64,000 nucleotides of DNA, taken from assembly GCA_001661245.1 (NCBI GenBank), contig KV454011.1, positions 2,037,271-2,101,270 on the forward strand. The letters run 5' to 3'. Positions within the stretch are counted from its first letter, which is position 1. Each line of letters begins with the position of its first letter. Below are positions 1 through 11,872 of the stretch, in pieces. The DNA comes from Pachysolen tannophilus NRRL Y-2460. Taxonomy: Eukaryota. Made by a program: the position numbers and the translations under genes. Below the pieces are notes generated by a model. It was not told the DNA's origin. It made no database searches and worked only from the letters and a program-made list of their open reading frames with translations.

Positions 1-87
1 CTGGCGATAAATATAATTATTATACTGTGATAACTTTTTTTTTTTTTTTTTTTTTGCACTTTTTGGAGTTTATCAGTAATATTAATA

Positions 88-1044
88 ATGAATTTTGCTA
101 GAACTTCAATTCAGTTGGCTGGAAGGTTAGAAAGATCGAGTACCCGTGGTTTGGTACAACGGTTTTTCTCCTCGTCGCAACGTAATTACTATAATACAAG
201 TTCATATAAGAAATGGGCTGTTGCAGTTGGTTCTTTTGCAGCTGCTACTACAATTTGGTATAATGATACTTATTATTTTTCAGATGTGAAGAATCTGGAT
301 GATACTGCTTTTGCTATTGAAAATTCTGTATCTGTGGATAAGAGTATTCCACCATTTCCCAAAGTTATTACTGATCCACTTGCTGAAGAGTTTCAACTTT
401 TAGGTTATGGTGTAAGAACAGTGACATTTTTAAGGATGAAAGTTTATGGACTAGGGATATATATTTCCAAGAAAGATGTAGCAAATGTTCCCAAGATTTT
501 GGATTCAAAATTCTTATCTTCATTTTATGAAAATTTAGGTGATCATGAACACCTTTCACATAATGAAAAATTATTAAAAGCATTAGAAGACCCTAATCTT
601 TCCACCATTTTAATTGATAATTTATTGGCTTCAGGAATTAAATTTACTGCTAGAATTGTTCCTTTAAGAAACACAGATTTTAATCATTTAAGAGATGGCT
701 TGGTGAAATCTATAATGGCATCACCTAAGGCAAAAGAAGCATTACAACAGGAAAATTCACCTTTACCGGAAGGTATCGACGACTTAAGAAAAGTTTTCGG
801 TAACAAGCACGGATCATGTCCGAAAGGTCAATCCCTATACTTGGAATTATTGGAAGATCAAACTTTAGCTGTCAAGTATCAGTTCAAGGATAAAAACTCC
901 CGTAAGGTGGAGACTACATTATTAGGTATCGTGAAGGAACCTCTTGTTGGAAAGATGTTATTCTTACAATATTTAAGTGGTAAGAACCCACTAAGTAATG
1001 AAACGAAAACAAAATCTGTCGAGTCATTGGCATCACTTGCCTAA
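88..1044 (+). CDS. AIM18: Mitochondrial chalcone-isomerase-fold protein (Aim18/Aim46 family)
   Basis: Arg/Ser-rich presequence, then motifs LLGYGVRTVTFLRMKVYGLGIY and RIVPLRNTDFNHLRDGL typical of Aim18/Aim46. Confidence 0.8.
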   Translation: MNFARTSIQLAGRLERSSTRGLVQRFFSSSQRNYYNTSSYKKWAVAVGSFAAATTIWYNDTYYFSDVKNLDDTAFAIENSVSVDKSIPPFPKVITDPLAEEFQLLGYGVRTVTFLRMKVYGLGIYISKKDVANVPKILDSKFLSSFYENLGDHEHLSHNEKLLKALEDPNLSTILIDNLLASGIKFTARIVPLRNTDFNHLRDGLVKSIMASPKAKEALQQENSPLPEGIDDLRKVFGNKHGSCPKGQSLYLELLEDQTLAVKYQFKDKNSRKVETTLLGIVKEPLVGKMLFLQYLSGKNPLSNETKTKSVESLASLA

Positions 1045-1681
1045 ACATTTTTTTGCAAACTTACTATTTGTTGAAGCCTGTACATAGTTTATGAATTATA
1101 TATTTCTATTTATTCTCTTTATAATTACCTTTAAAAACTATTCCGACTTCTTTTCGGTTAGATTTCTACAATGTCGAACCCTACTTAACTATGTCTATTT
1201 TTGGCTAGTCCCGTGACTTCCGGGGTGTATGTAGCTTAAAACGAAATTTTCGACGAAAAAAAAATCAAAAAAATTAAAATAAAAAAATAAACGCGCTAGC
1301 CTATTAACAAGAAAGGTATTATTCTAATTGTAGATTATAAAATATATTTAAATATTATTGTTAAATAATAAAAAAAAAATCCATTTTATCACATTAATCA
1401 TTCAGTTGAATTAGTTATAGACTAAAGTCGTTTTATAATCTTTTTTTTTTTTTTTTATCTATTATTTTTGAATTCTTTCATTTCACATTTTATTTTTATT
1501 ATTTTTTTTTTTTTTTTTTTTGGTATTTTTGGTATTGAATCATTCATAATTCAACTACTATATCACTCACTCTATTTTTTTTATTTATTTTTTATTTTCA
1601 ACGAAAGTTATTAGTGATTGCATTTAATTTAATATTCCTTACTGTTAGAGATCCGATAGTTGAAGAGCTATAGAAACGAAA

Positions 1682-3397
1682 ATGACAAGTCCAGGTACTA
1701 GAATTGTTGCAGCCACCTCGACAGTTGTTATCCCCGAATATCTTAATGAAGCTGCGTCATCGATTATTACCAAATCACAAGAACTTTTGGATGCGATAAA
1801 AAGAATTCCAGGTGGTAAGATTATAATAGATTATATTAGAGCATCTTATCAAAATGATCCGTATAGATCATTATTTGAATTTATCTTGGTTGCATTTGCA
1901 ATTAGATATTTTTTAAAATCCAAATCGTCTTACAGTAAGAAAGATTATATAAAATTAACCGAAAAGGAAATTGATGAATTGGTTGCCGATTGGCAACCTG
2001 CGCCTTTGACAGTTCCTTTGAGGGATGATGAAAAATGGCAATTGGATAGTATACCTATTACTAAAGGCCAAATTTCATCACATACGGAGATAATTGATAA
2101 TAGAGATAATGGTAAATTAAAAAGTGTTATTAATTTGGCTTCTTTAAATTTTTTGGATCTAGGAATAAATAAAGAAATGATTGAAGCCGGAATCGAACAA
2201 ATAAATTATAGTGGTGTTGGTGCTTGTGGACCTCCAAATTTTTATGGTACACAGGATGTTCATTTTAGACTAGAGGAGGATTTAGCAAGATTTTTCGGTG
2301 CTGAAAAATCCATCTTGTATGCACAGGATTTTTGTACTGCTCAATCTATTATTCCATGTTTTTTGAAAAGAGGTGATATTGCAATAGTTGATGGAGGTGT
2401 TAGTTTACAACTTCAAAAAGCAGTTATGATATCGCGTTGTGAAGTTTTCTGGTATGATCATAATGATTTAGAAAGTTTGGAAAAAACTTTAAAATTTGTC
2501 AATGAAGATTTCCGTGGTGAGCCTTTAACTAGAAGATTTATCATTACCGAAGGTTTATTTGAAAATTATGGTGATTCTCCGGATTTGAAAGCACTTGTTG
2601 ACTTAAAGAAGAAATATAAATATAGATTGATTATAGAGGAGAGCCGTTCCTTAGGTGTCTTGGGTGCTACTGGAAGAGGTTTAGCAGAGGTTTACAATAT
2701 ACCTAGATCAGATATTGATATAACCGTTGGATCAATGGCTTTAGCTTTTGCCTCCTCGGGTGGGTTCTGTATTGGAGAAACTCCAATGATAAATTATCAA
2801 AAACTTCAATCAAATGCTTATGTTTACTCCGCTGCTTTGCCACCATATTGCGCAAAAGTTTGTTCAAAAGCCTTGTCGTTAATTGAGAATGCCACTTCTG
2901 AAAACGGGAATTCTAATAAAATAATTGGTAGATTGCATTTGAAGATCAAGAAATTTTATAAATTGTTATCATCAGATAAGAAATTAAACGAATGCGTTAC
3001 AATAGTTTCAGAACCTGAATCACCAACAATTCATTTACGTATAAGTAAAAGCATCCGTGAAAAATTGGAATTACCCGCAAGTTATGGTGGTATTGGTTCA
3101 AATATGGAAAAGTTTGTCGAAAAAGGTTTAGAAGAAAATTATTTCGATGAAGAATATAATTTGGAGAATTATTTATTACAAATTATAATTGATAAGATAT
3201 TAAAATCAAATATTTTAATCACAAGGTCAAAGAGAATATTACACCACGAACTTTTGCCATTGATTCCAGAATTAATCATTAATGTTAATGCGGGTATTAC
3301 TGAAGATGAGATTGTTAGGTGTCATCAGGTCATTAGTAAAGAAATTATTGATACTTTAACTAATATTAATTTAAAAACATTTGATAATTTAATTTAA
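1682..3397 (+). CDS. LCB1: Serine palmitoyltransferase subunit 1
   Basis: YQNDPYRS plus TM segment; GVGACGPPNFYGTQDVH; RRFIITEGLFEN; lacks the PLP lysine (GSMALAFASSGGF), as expected for Lcb1. Confidence 0.93.
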   Translation: MTSPGTRIVAATSTVVIPEYLNEAASSIITKSQELLDAIKRIPGGKIIIDYIRASYQNDPYRSLFEFILVAFAIRYFLKSKSSYSKKDYIKLTEKEIDELVADWQPAPLTVPLRDDEKWQLDSIPITKGQISSHTEIIDNRDNGKLKSVINLASLNFLDLGINKEMIEAGIEQINYSGVGACGPPNFYGTQDVHFRLEEDLARFFGAEKSILYAQDFCTAQSIIPCFLKRGDIAIVDGGVSLQLQKAVMISRCEVFWYDHNDLESLEKTLKFVNEDFRGEPLTRRFIITEGLFENYGDSPDLKALVDLKKKYKYRLIIEESRSLGVLGATGRGLAEVYNIPRSDIDITVGSMALAFASSGGFCIGETPMINYQKLQSNAYVYSAALPPYCAKVCSKALSLIENATSENGNSNKIIGRLHLKIKKFYKLLSSDKKLNECVTIVSEPESPTIHLRISKSIREKLELPASYGGIGSNMEKFVEKGLEENYFDEEYNLENYLLQIIIDKILKSNILITRSKRILHHELLPLIPELIINVNAGITEDEIVRCHQVISKEIIDTLTNINLKTFDNLI

Positions 3398-4254
3398 GGA
3401 ATTCTTTTGGTTTTGCATGGAGATATCTATTCACTCAATAGATTGACTACAAAGAAACTTTTTTATTTTTTTTTTATTTTTTCAGCCTGATGTGTTGACT
3501 CTATTTAAATTACGTTTTCATTAATAATACCAATCAATCTTCATATTCATTGATGTCGAATATGTTTCTATATATTTACTTCTTTCCCTTTTACTTATAT
3601 AACTTAATACTTGATTTTTTTATGACGGCTTGATAGTAAATGCACAAATGAAATAGAATAACTACATCTTTTATAATTCCATCAGAACTCCTGGACAACC
3701 TTTTATCTTAACAAGTGCTGAATGTGATCGCAAGATTACTGAAGAAGCTCCGAAATAAAAAAAACGACTTTGACGCATAATCATGCAATCTTCTGCAAAA
3801 CTGTACACAAAAACCAAAACATTGAGCCTCACCTCTAAAGTAATGAAACGGAATCATCTGAACTTATTATTCAAACACAGATGTGTTTGTAAGTGTATCT
3901 GCCGAAATAAGACAGAATTCTGTTGTTCCCATATCCGAGTTGTAACTTTTTGCAAACATCAAAGAAAAAGGAAAAAAAAAAAGAAAAAAAAGAAAATAAT
4001 TTATGCAAGCACAATTCTAGATATAGGTTTTTTTAAAGCAAAGATCATATATACTGTAACGTATCTTCCTTCAGATCAAGACACCAACTGAAGGTAGTTA
4101 AAGGTTATTTCAGATATATGGATCTAAATAAGCTCAAATTATTATAAAAGCTTTGCTATAAATTTACTTCAACCTATCTGATTTTTTTTTTTTTTTTTTT
4201 GATAATACTTATTTGCTACAAGGTCTAACTTCATAAATAAAAAGAAATTCCCAA

Positions 4255-5940
4255 ATGGCAGCAGTTAAAGCTGGAGCTTGGAATGGAGAGAGACAACATA
4301 ATGTACCACTAGTTGATTGCCCAAATGACTTGAATGTTAACGGGTTTAGCTCTGTTTCTTCCAAGAAATCCCTCTTGACAAAATCTTTTAGTTTGAAAAA
4401 AACAGGAAAACAAAAGAAAAGTCTAATCAAAGATCAACAAGAGAATAGTTATGAAGGAAGTGCTTACAATTTTAGTTCGAGCAAGTTTCCAGCTCAAATG
4501 AGCTTGCAAATGCAACAGAAACACGGAGAAGAATGTATCCCAGTTTTTTCTGACCATACTAGCCGAATTATCAGCAGTATTCCATTAACGCGTTCTCTTT
4601 TCATGGATGCTTACAGTAAAGGTAAGTGGAATTTGTCTTCTGTTCCATGTCCACCATGTTTTGAAGGTACACACCTTTTGAAGCTGCCAGAAAGTTATAA
4701 TGAAGCTAGTCGAATCAAAGCAGTAGATTTATATATGAATGTTGAACAATGGAAAGATAGTGGCATTTTTAGCGATATCATTCATAAAAGCATCAAAAAA
4801 TTTCAATGTTCAGGAGCTTCAATTTCACTTGTTGATGAAAAGCATCAAATTGTAAAATATCAGCACTCGTTAGGCTTCAAAGAATGGCCAAGAAAGTTAT
4901 CCATTGATGCTCATGCCATTTTATCAACCGGATTTTTCATCATATTGGATGCTTCCAAAGAATGGAGACTTGAAAATAATCCCCTCGTTAGAGGTGTTCC
5001 AAACATTAAGTTTTATCTTGGCATCCCATTAGTGGCACCCTCGGGAGCAGTTATTGGAATCTTTGCGATATTTGACGTTTTCCCAAGACAAGATTTTGAA
5101 GAAAGATATGTTGCTGTATTGCAAAGAACTGCGACAGAAATAATGGAAATTTTGAATACGCCTGTAAGAAAAGAATTACAAAGTGAGATTAAAAACGAAC
5201 CTTTGGTTAGAAGACTAGGTAGAGCTACAAGCCAAGGGTTTTCAATTAATTCTAATCTTGTTTTTGAAAAAGATGGTTCAGGAACTCCATATTCTCAGAA
5301 TGTTAATTTTAGATTGAGCAAGCATGATTTAGATGAAGAAACTAAAGAAAGTGATAAACTTTGGAAGGCGTTAGCTAGCATTGGAAATTCAAAATTAGCT
5401 GCTGCATTTTTAAGCAAACTCATCAGTGATCGATATGGATTCAACTTTGTTTATATCATGGAAATCAGAGTTTCAGAACCTTATCAGATACTGTCAGAGT
5501 TATTTCCTGCTGAAAATAAAGTAGATGCAGAGACTTACAGATTTGTTGGTGATCTACGTAGAACAGGGGATGAAACTATTAGAACACGAGTCCTAGGCTC
5601 ATATGGTATGCCAACAGAAAATTTAAAATTTGATCCCTCAGTTCATTTCAAATCATTTGTCTCTGAATTTGGTATTTTCTACAAGAGTCATGAAAACGGA
5701 ATTAGGTTTAAATCCGGTATTTGTCTTCCATTTTTCAGATATAACCCAAAGTTAGTTAGGAGAAAACCCTATTTTGCAAACTCAAGATTTCGCAGTCACA
5801 AGTCAATTGATCTTTATCTCAGATCAGGTGGATTTTTAATTGCTGCCTTTAACGAAAAAGAACGCAATTTTTTTGAAAATAACATTAACGGTGTCTTTGA
5901 TGATGTTTCAGTCTTGAGGAAAATTTACATGTCAAATTGA
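4255..5940 (+). CDS. Uncharacterised GAF-domain protein
   Basis: GAF-like motifs GASISLVD, IDAHAILS, DASKEWRLENNPLVRGVPNIKFYLGIPL; no kinase or receiver domain evident. Confidence 0.75.
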   Translation: MAAVKAGAWNGERQHNVPLVDCPNDLNVNGFSSVSSKKSLLTKSFSLKKTGKQKKSLIKDQQENSYEGSAYNFSSSKFPAQMSLQMQQKHGEECIPVFSDHTSRIISSIPLTRSLFMDAYSKGKWNLSSVPCPPCFEGTHLLKLPESYNEASRIKAVDLYMNVEQWKDSGIFSDIIHKSIKKFQCSGASISLVDEKHQIVKYQHSLGFKEWPRKLSIDAHAILSTGFFIILDASKEWRLENNPLVRGVPNIKFYLGIPLVAPSGAVIGIFAIFDVFPRQDFEERYVAVLQRTATEIMEILNTPVRKELQSEIKNEPLVRRLGRATSQGFSINSNLVFEKDGSGTPYSQNVNFRLSKHDLDEETKESDKLWKALASIGNSKLAAAFLSKLISDRYGFNFVYIMEIRVSEPYQILSELFPAENKVDAETYRFVGDLRRTGDETIRTRVLGSYGMPTENLKFDPSVHFKSFVSEFGIFYKSHENGIRFKSGICLPFFRYNPKLVRRKPYFANSRFRSHKSIDLYLRSGGFLIAAFNEKERNFFENNINGVFDDVSVLRKIYMSN

Positions 5941-6131
5941 ATTGATCTAAAATAACGTTATATAAAAATTATTTATTACCAATCTTTTCTTCTTTTCTTT
6001 TTTCTTTTTTTTTTTTTTTTTTTTGTTGTTGTTGCCATTTTCATCATTTCTTAAAAACATTTAATTATGAGATTATTTAAAAACCTACATGAATAAAAAA
6101 AGTATTTGGAGTAAAACAAATAGCAAAATAA

Positions 6132-6162
<31 letters not shown>

Positions 6163-6200
6163 CAAACAATATGGTTTGTTACTTTAAAATAATCCATAAA

Positions 6201-8102
6201 TTAGTAATCTTTTCTTTTTTCTTCAAACTTCTGTTTGCTCTGAGTAGCTTTATCATCTACAAAGCTCTTTAATTTTGAATTGGCGTCATCAAAGTACTTT
6301 TGAGCAGAATCCAATTTTTCCTTTGCAGCTTTCTGAGATTGATCGGTCTTTTCTTCTCCCAAAGAATACCAGTGTCCCTTTTTAGATTCCCAGTCTTGCT
6401 TTGCTTTGTTCAATTGATCCAAAGCATCATCGTATGTTTTTTGAGCAAAGTCTTTAGTTTCTTCAGACTTTCCAAATAATTTTTCTTTTAAAGACTGAGC
6501 GGCCCCTGAAGTTTCCTCCACTACACCGTGACTAGCGGCTTTAGCAGAATTAGCATGATCAGCAGCAGATTGCTCCTCAATCTCATCTGCAAAGAAAGTT
6601 GCATTTTCACCAATACCTTTCGAGACTTTAGAAATCATTTTTCCTAAACTTTCGTCATCCTTCTCATCAACTGTTTTGAGATGGAACCATCCATTGGACG
6701 ACTTTTTGTTATCTGTGTTCGATGGAGTTGTTGTAGCCAGTTGCTGATAATCATTTGCTTTATTTCTTGTTCCATCAACTAAATTTGCAGCTTGGTCATA
6801 AGTATTATTCATTGCATCATTAGCACTGTCAAGGGCATTATTAGTAGATTTATTTGCTTGATCAGCTTTTTCTGAGCCCCATGATTTAGCACTTTCCAAA
6901 CTATCACTTGCAGATTTCTTTAAATTTTCATATTGTCTCTTTGCAGAATCAATAGCATCCTGACCCCATTTTCCTAAAGATGCAGAAGCATCATCATAAT
7001 CCTTCTTGGCTTTATCAAAATCTTTAGATGCCTTCTCATTAGCCTCTTGACTCTTATCCTTATTCCAAGAATACCAGTGATTTTTTGTCTTTTCAAATTC
7101 TTCTTTAGCGCGGGCCAAGGCATCAGATGCGGCGTAATAAGTATTCTCTGCAGATTTTCTGGCTTGATCTTTAGTTTCGTTCAGTGACGATGACGCATTT
7201 CTACCCCAACCACTGAAAATCGAAGAAGAAGAAGAAGGAGAATCGGTAATCTTATCAACAGGACCGGCTGCTGATGTTGCACTGGCATAATCTTCAGAAA
7301 TATACTTTGCATTTTCACCAAAACTTGACGCACCTCTTGCTGCGGCTTCCCGCTCTTCGCGACTGGAAAGGAAATTTTTCTCCGCAAAAATGTTTTTATT
7401 ATTATTATTCGAGCTAGTGGTGTTATTATTGATATTTCCAGCTTCATCCTTTGCGGCTTTAACATTACCAGAGACAAACTCCTTGATTGAACTCAAGCCA
7501 TCATGGACAGCAATGGCAACCCCATTAACAGAATCAATATAAGCGTCGCCAGCTTTCAAAATAGCATTTTTACTTTCATCTGCAGAATCAGCAACAGAGT
7601 TTTTTGCACTACCTATAGTGTCCTTTGTGTTTTCTAATGCATCATCTTTACGCTGTAGAACCCGGGCCTTAATTTTTTCAAAACCTCTAGGCTCATCTTC
7701 GGTTGCGGACTTGTGTAAAGCCTCCGAGCGCTGCAGATGTTCATCCTGATGCTGAGCTGTAACGTCGGCAAACCGATTTGCCCTCTCGTTGGCCCACGAG
7801 GAAGCATCAGAACGGGCATCTTCCAATTTCGAGAATTTGGCATCTGCGTTATGTTTTAAAGAAGTCAAATTCTCATCCAACTTATCCTTTGACCTTGCAG
7901 CCACTTCATCAATTCTACGACCAAACCTAGTTGCAGTCTCTGGTACTCTTTCCTGATCTTTCTGATTTTGAAAAGGAGCCCATGAATTTTTCTCCAATTG
8001 TTGCTGTTGCTCAGCAAGTTTCACACGCTCGACCCTTCTCTCGTACAAGTAGAAGCCGGCGCCCAAGGCGGCGGCCCCACCAATAACATATCTACCAGAC
8101 AT
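6201..8102 (-). CDS. Om45-like / LEA-like helical protein with N-terminal membrane anchor
   Basis: MSGRYVIGGAAALGAGFYLY anchor; A/K/D/S-rich helical repeats; GENA motifs; internal duplication. Confidence 0.6.
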   Translation of the reverse strand: MSGRYVIGGAAALGAGFYLYERRVERVKLAEQQQQLEKNSWAPFQNQKDQERVPETATRFGRRIDEVAARSKDKLDENLTSLKHNADAKFSKLEDARSDASSWANERANRFADVTAQHQDEHLQRSEALHKSATEDEPRGFEKIKARVLQRKDDALENTKDTIGSAKNSVADSADESKNAILKAGDAYIDSVNGVAIAVHDGLSSIKEFVSGNVKAAKDEAGNINNNTTSSNNNNKNIFAEKNFLSSREEREAAARGASSFGENAKYISEDYASATSAAGPVDKITDSPSSSSSIFSGWGRNASSSLNETKDQARKSAENTYYAASDALARAKEEFEKTKNHWYSWNKDKSQEANEKASKDFDKAKKDYDDASASLGKWGQDAIDSAKRQYENLKKSASDSLESAKSWGSEKADQANKSTNNALDSANDAMNNTYDQAANLVDGTRNKANDYQQLATTTPSNTDNKKSSNGWFHLKTVDEKDDESLGKMISKVSKGIGENATFFADEIEEQSAADHANSAKAASHGVVEETSGAAQSLKEKLFGKSEETKDFAQKTYDDALDQLNKAKQDWESKKGHWYSLGEEKTDQSQKAAKEKLDSAQKYFDDANSKLKSFVDDKATQSKQKFEEKRKDY

Positions 8103-8832
8103 TTTTTCCTTTACAAAAAAAATTCACTTCAAAAAAATAAAAATAAAAAAAAGTAATAAAATTACCTGAAAATTATATACTTTTAAAACCCCAATTGAAG
8201 TAAATATATTATATATATAGGTTTATAGGATAACAATTGGGGATTATACTGGCTTTATAAAACTTTTTTAAATATGTAGTAGACAAAATAGTTCCGTGGT
8301 CATTGGTACTCTTGACTCAAACCTTAATTTGCTTTTGCAGTATTTAATAAAACATTCAAAAGGGGAAACAGCAATCGAAAAAGAAGAATAACAAGAATAA
8401 TAATAATATTATATTATAATTATAATTACAATAACATCAAGCAATAGTACACGATGCATCCATTATTAAAATATTGATCATTCACATACTTGGATTATTT
8501 ATTCTATATTTTTCGTTCTGTTTCTTTCATTATTTCTTTCACGTTCTTTCAAATCTTTTCCCCTTTCTTTCTTCACCTTTTCCCTTTTTACCTTTTTCCC
8601 TCTTATACTGCTTACCGCTTCCTGCCACCGCTCTTTTTTCCCCCGGTTTCTCCTTTCGACCTCGCAAAAAAAAAAAAAACCCACAATTCGAGGGCTGTCT
8701 TTCGGACAGGTCAATTTTCCGAGGCGTTCTATAAAAAAAACCAGGGTTGGCGCCAAAATCAGATCTTGCTCACAACAAATACAGTATAATAAGTCTTTTT
8801 ATATACATTTAATTCTTTTGGTGGGTAAAAGT

Positions 8833-11112
8833 ATGAAGTATTCATCCCAGTATTGGTATCCGATAAGACTTTCAACTAGTGGGCGACCTGAATTGATTGA
8901 AGATGATAAGTTTGTTGAAAACGATATTTTGATACAAAATAATATTGGTCTTTATCAGGATGATTGTAAGATAATAGACTATCAAGACGGTAAAGTTTAT
9001 TTGACTAACAAGAGGTTGATCTTTGTTGATAATAAGAATAGCTCGAATAAGAATATTGCTATGAATTTAACTGATATTCAGGATATAATGCTGATTGGGG
9101 GTTTTTTGAAGACAAGTCCGAAGATAATGTTGAAGATGAAAAAGTTTAGGACTAAGAGTAGATCACTGGGAAAAAATAACAGCGGCAGCGGTAATGGTAG
9201 TATTAACACTAGTACTAGTACTGGTGGTCACGGTAGGGGTAATGGCGGTAATCGTGTTACTCCAGTGGAATTGAATTGGATTTGTCAGATATGTTCTTTT
9301 TCTAACCAGATCAAATCAAACTATGCTTTAGAATCAGATGCAGATTTACCGCCATGTAAATCTTGTGGCATGAAACCATCAAGAGAATTAATAGAGACGG
9401 TTTTGCGCACAGGGACAGATTCTAGGTCAAGTATTTCTGCAGTTTCTCAAGAAGGTTTCCAATGCCCAACATGTACATTTATAAATGATCTTTCTTTGAA
9501 AAATTGTGAAATGTGCGGTACTAGGTTGACTTCTTCAAACCTACCTCCTCAGTTGCTTTCTCTTGGAGATTCAGAATTCCCCAATGATGATCTTGTATCG
9601 CCTTTAAATTTAGAATTAGAAGATATTGGGAAAAGAGCTGATGAAATTGATCCTACTATAATTAAATTTAGCTTTAGAAAAGGTGGTGTAAAGACTTTTT
9701 TATCAAAATTACTAGTAGCAAAAGATCAACTGGAATGGGAATTTTTACAACAAAATTCAAAGATAAATTCAGATTCAATCGTCACTACAACAGGGTCGGC
9801 TGATATTATACCTTCTACATCTACTGTAAATATAGTGGAAACAGGACCAAAATTTGGTATTCATGGTTTAGAAAATACAAGCGAGTTGAAAAATTCAAGA
9901 TATGCATCGTTATTAAATAATTCATTGTACGATTTAGAAAATTTGATTTCAAAGGCAAATGAATTGATAGAATTAAGTCAGGCTTATCAAAAAATTTTAA
10001 TAAAAGATAATGCTGCCTCATCTTTTAAGAAAAATAAGATTTCTGATACTGCAAATATTCTTTTAAATTCTAAAAATTCTATAAATATATTAAATAATAT
10101 AATTACAAAACATGAATTTATAAATAGTTCAAAAGAAAGCAGCTTGTTATCATCATTGAAAAAGCAATCATCAAATTATGATTTATATTTAGAAGAATTA
10201 GCAAGACAATTATATGAATTTTTAATCGACTCTGATATTATCTCTAAAAATCATGGTTTGATAACACTTTTTGAATTATTTATCTTGTATAATAGGGCAA
10301 GAGGAATTAATTTGATATCACCTGAAGAATTATTTAATAGTGCTAAGCTTTTTGAAAAATTGGATTTCAATTATATTTTGTTTGAAATCCCATTGATTTC
10401 TAAAAATTTGAACGATATCATTAACGATCACAATTTATTTACAGAGAATAATAATAATAATGATAAATATCTGAAAAATAAATCTAATGTTGTTACTTCT
10501 TCTAATTCAGATAGAATCTGTATAATATCAAACAGAAATTTTACTTCAAATTCTATCTTGACCAAAATTTTACAATTTTTACAAACACAAAATCAGATTG
10601 GTAAACCTTATAAAGGATTATCAATTTTGCAAATACAGAAAACTAAAAAATTGAATTTGGATATAAATTATATAATTTTAAACCAAATTTTATTGGAAAG
10701 CTGTATAAATGGGGATCTTTGTATAGACCAACAGCTACAAGGTGGAATTTACTATGCTAACGAAATTACCAAATTCAATTGGGATGATTATATGAACGGT
10801 AATGATATTGAGATTTCTATGGATGAAAATGAAAAAGATGCTGGATATGAACAAGTTGTTGATGACAAAAACTGGATAGATGATTATTACAGAGATTTAA
10901 ACGCCATGAATGATATTGAAGAAGAAGAAGATGAAGATGACGATGAACTGCAAGAAGGAGAAATAACGCTATCGAAAAGTAACCTGTCTTTAAGCAAGTT
11001 TAATTTTAATTATCAGTTAACCGATACCAATGATAATAATAACTCTGGGCATGAACAAAACTCTGATCAATTTAATGAAAGTTTAAAAGACTTGGTAGGA
11101 TTAAAGTTTTGA
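8833..11112 (+). CDS. VPS36: ESCRT-II subunit Vps36
   Basis: Split GLUE domain (YQDGKVYLTNKRLIF) with two NZF fingers (WICQICSFSN, CPTCTFIN..CEMCG); KFSFRKGG; YNRARGINLISPEE. First ATG at 8833. Confidence 0.9.
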   Translation: MKYSSQYWYPIRLSTSGRPELIEDDKFVENDILIQNNIGLYQDDCKIIDYQDGKVYLTNKRLIFVDNKNSSNKNIAMNLTDIQDIMLIGGFLKTSPKIMLKMKKFRTKSRSLGKNNSGSGNGSINTSTSTGGHGRGNGGNRVTPVELNWICQICSFSNQIKSNYALESDADLPPCKSCGMKPSRELIETVLRTGTDSRSSISAVSQEGFQCPTCTFINDLSLKNCEMCGTRLTSSNLPPQLLSLGDSEFPNDDLVSPLNLELEDIGKRADEIDPTIIKFSFRKGGVKTFLSKLLVAKDQLEWEFLQQNSKINSDSIVTTTGSADIIPSTSTVNIVETGPKFGIHGLENTSELKNSRYASLLNNSLYDLENLISKANELIELSQAYQKILIKDNAASSFKKNKISDTANILLNSKNSINILNNIITKHEFINSSKESSLLSSLKKQSSNYDLYLEELARQLYEFLIDSDIISKNHGLITLFELFILYNRARGINLISPEELFNSAKLFEKLDFNYILFEIPLISKNLNDIINDHNLFTENNNNNDKYLKNKSNVVTSSNSDRICIISNRNFTSNSILTKILQFLQTQNQIGKPYKGLSILQIQKTKKLNLDINYIILNQILLESCINGDLCIDQQLQGGIYYANEITKFNWDDYMNGNDIEISMDENEKDAGYEQVVDDKNWIDDYYRDLNAMNDIEEEEDEDDDELQEGEITLSKSNLSLSKFNFNYQLTDTNDNNNSGHEQNSDQFNESLKDLVGLKF

Positions 11113-11236
11113 TTTTACTAATTTTTTTTTAAAATTTTTCTTTTTTCCATATATATGTACTAATAGTTTTCATTGTACTTTCAATGAAGCTGTCTTAGCA
11201 CACAAAAAATTAAAAATGCATTGAAACTACAAAACG

Positions 11237-11549
11237 NNNNNNNNNNNNNNNNNNNNNNNNNNNNNNNNNNNNNNNNNNNNNNNNNNNNNNNNNNNNNNNN
11301 NNNNNNNNNNNNNNNNNNNNNNNNNNNNNNNNNNNNNNNNNNNNNNNNNNNNNNNNNNNNNNNNNNNNNNNNNNNNNNNNNNNNNNNNNNNNNNNNNNNN
11401 NNNNNNNNNNNNNNNNNNNNNNNNNNNNNNNNNNNNNNNNNNNNNNNNNNNNNNNNNNNNNNNNNNNNNNNNNNNNNNNNNNNNNNNNNNNNNNNNNNNN
11501 NNNNNNNNNNNNNNNNNNNNNNNNNNNNNNNNNNNNNNNNNNNNNNNNN
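11237..11549. other. Assembly gap (N run)
   Basis: Run of n. Confidence 1.
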
Positions 11550-11872
11550 CCTATATATATGTACTAATAGTTTTCATTGTACTTTCAATGAAGCTGTCTT
11601 AGCACACAAAAATTAAAAAATAGCATTGAAACTAACAAAACGAAAAAAAAAAAAAAAAAAAAACAAGACATAAACTAAACTAAAATAAACCTTCCCGTAA
11701 TAATAATGCAAAGCAAAGCAGTTAAATTAAATTTTGTATTTTTTTTAGTTTCTTTTGAAACTATGATAATCTGTTAATACCATTCCTGAGTGAAAAGCGA
11801 TAGATGATATTTGTTTTGTTGTTCCTATGATTGTGTTAAAATTTGGCTGGGTTGAAGTGAAGAATGTTACTA

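Noticed and set aside
3783..4091. 102-aa ORF upstream of the GAF gene
   Set aside because: Poly-A-derived Lys run, no recognisable motif; probably promoter DNA
8474..8789. Three overlapping short ORFs (similarly 54666-55077 and 56518-56881)
   Set aside because: Poly-T/poly-A-driven composition in intergenic DNA
11221..11616. ORFs spanning N-gaps (also 19183-19785)
   Set aside because: Artefacts of N runs
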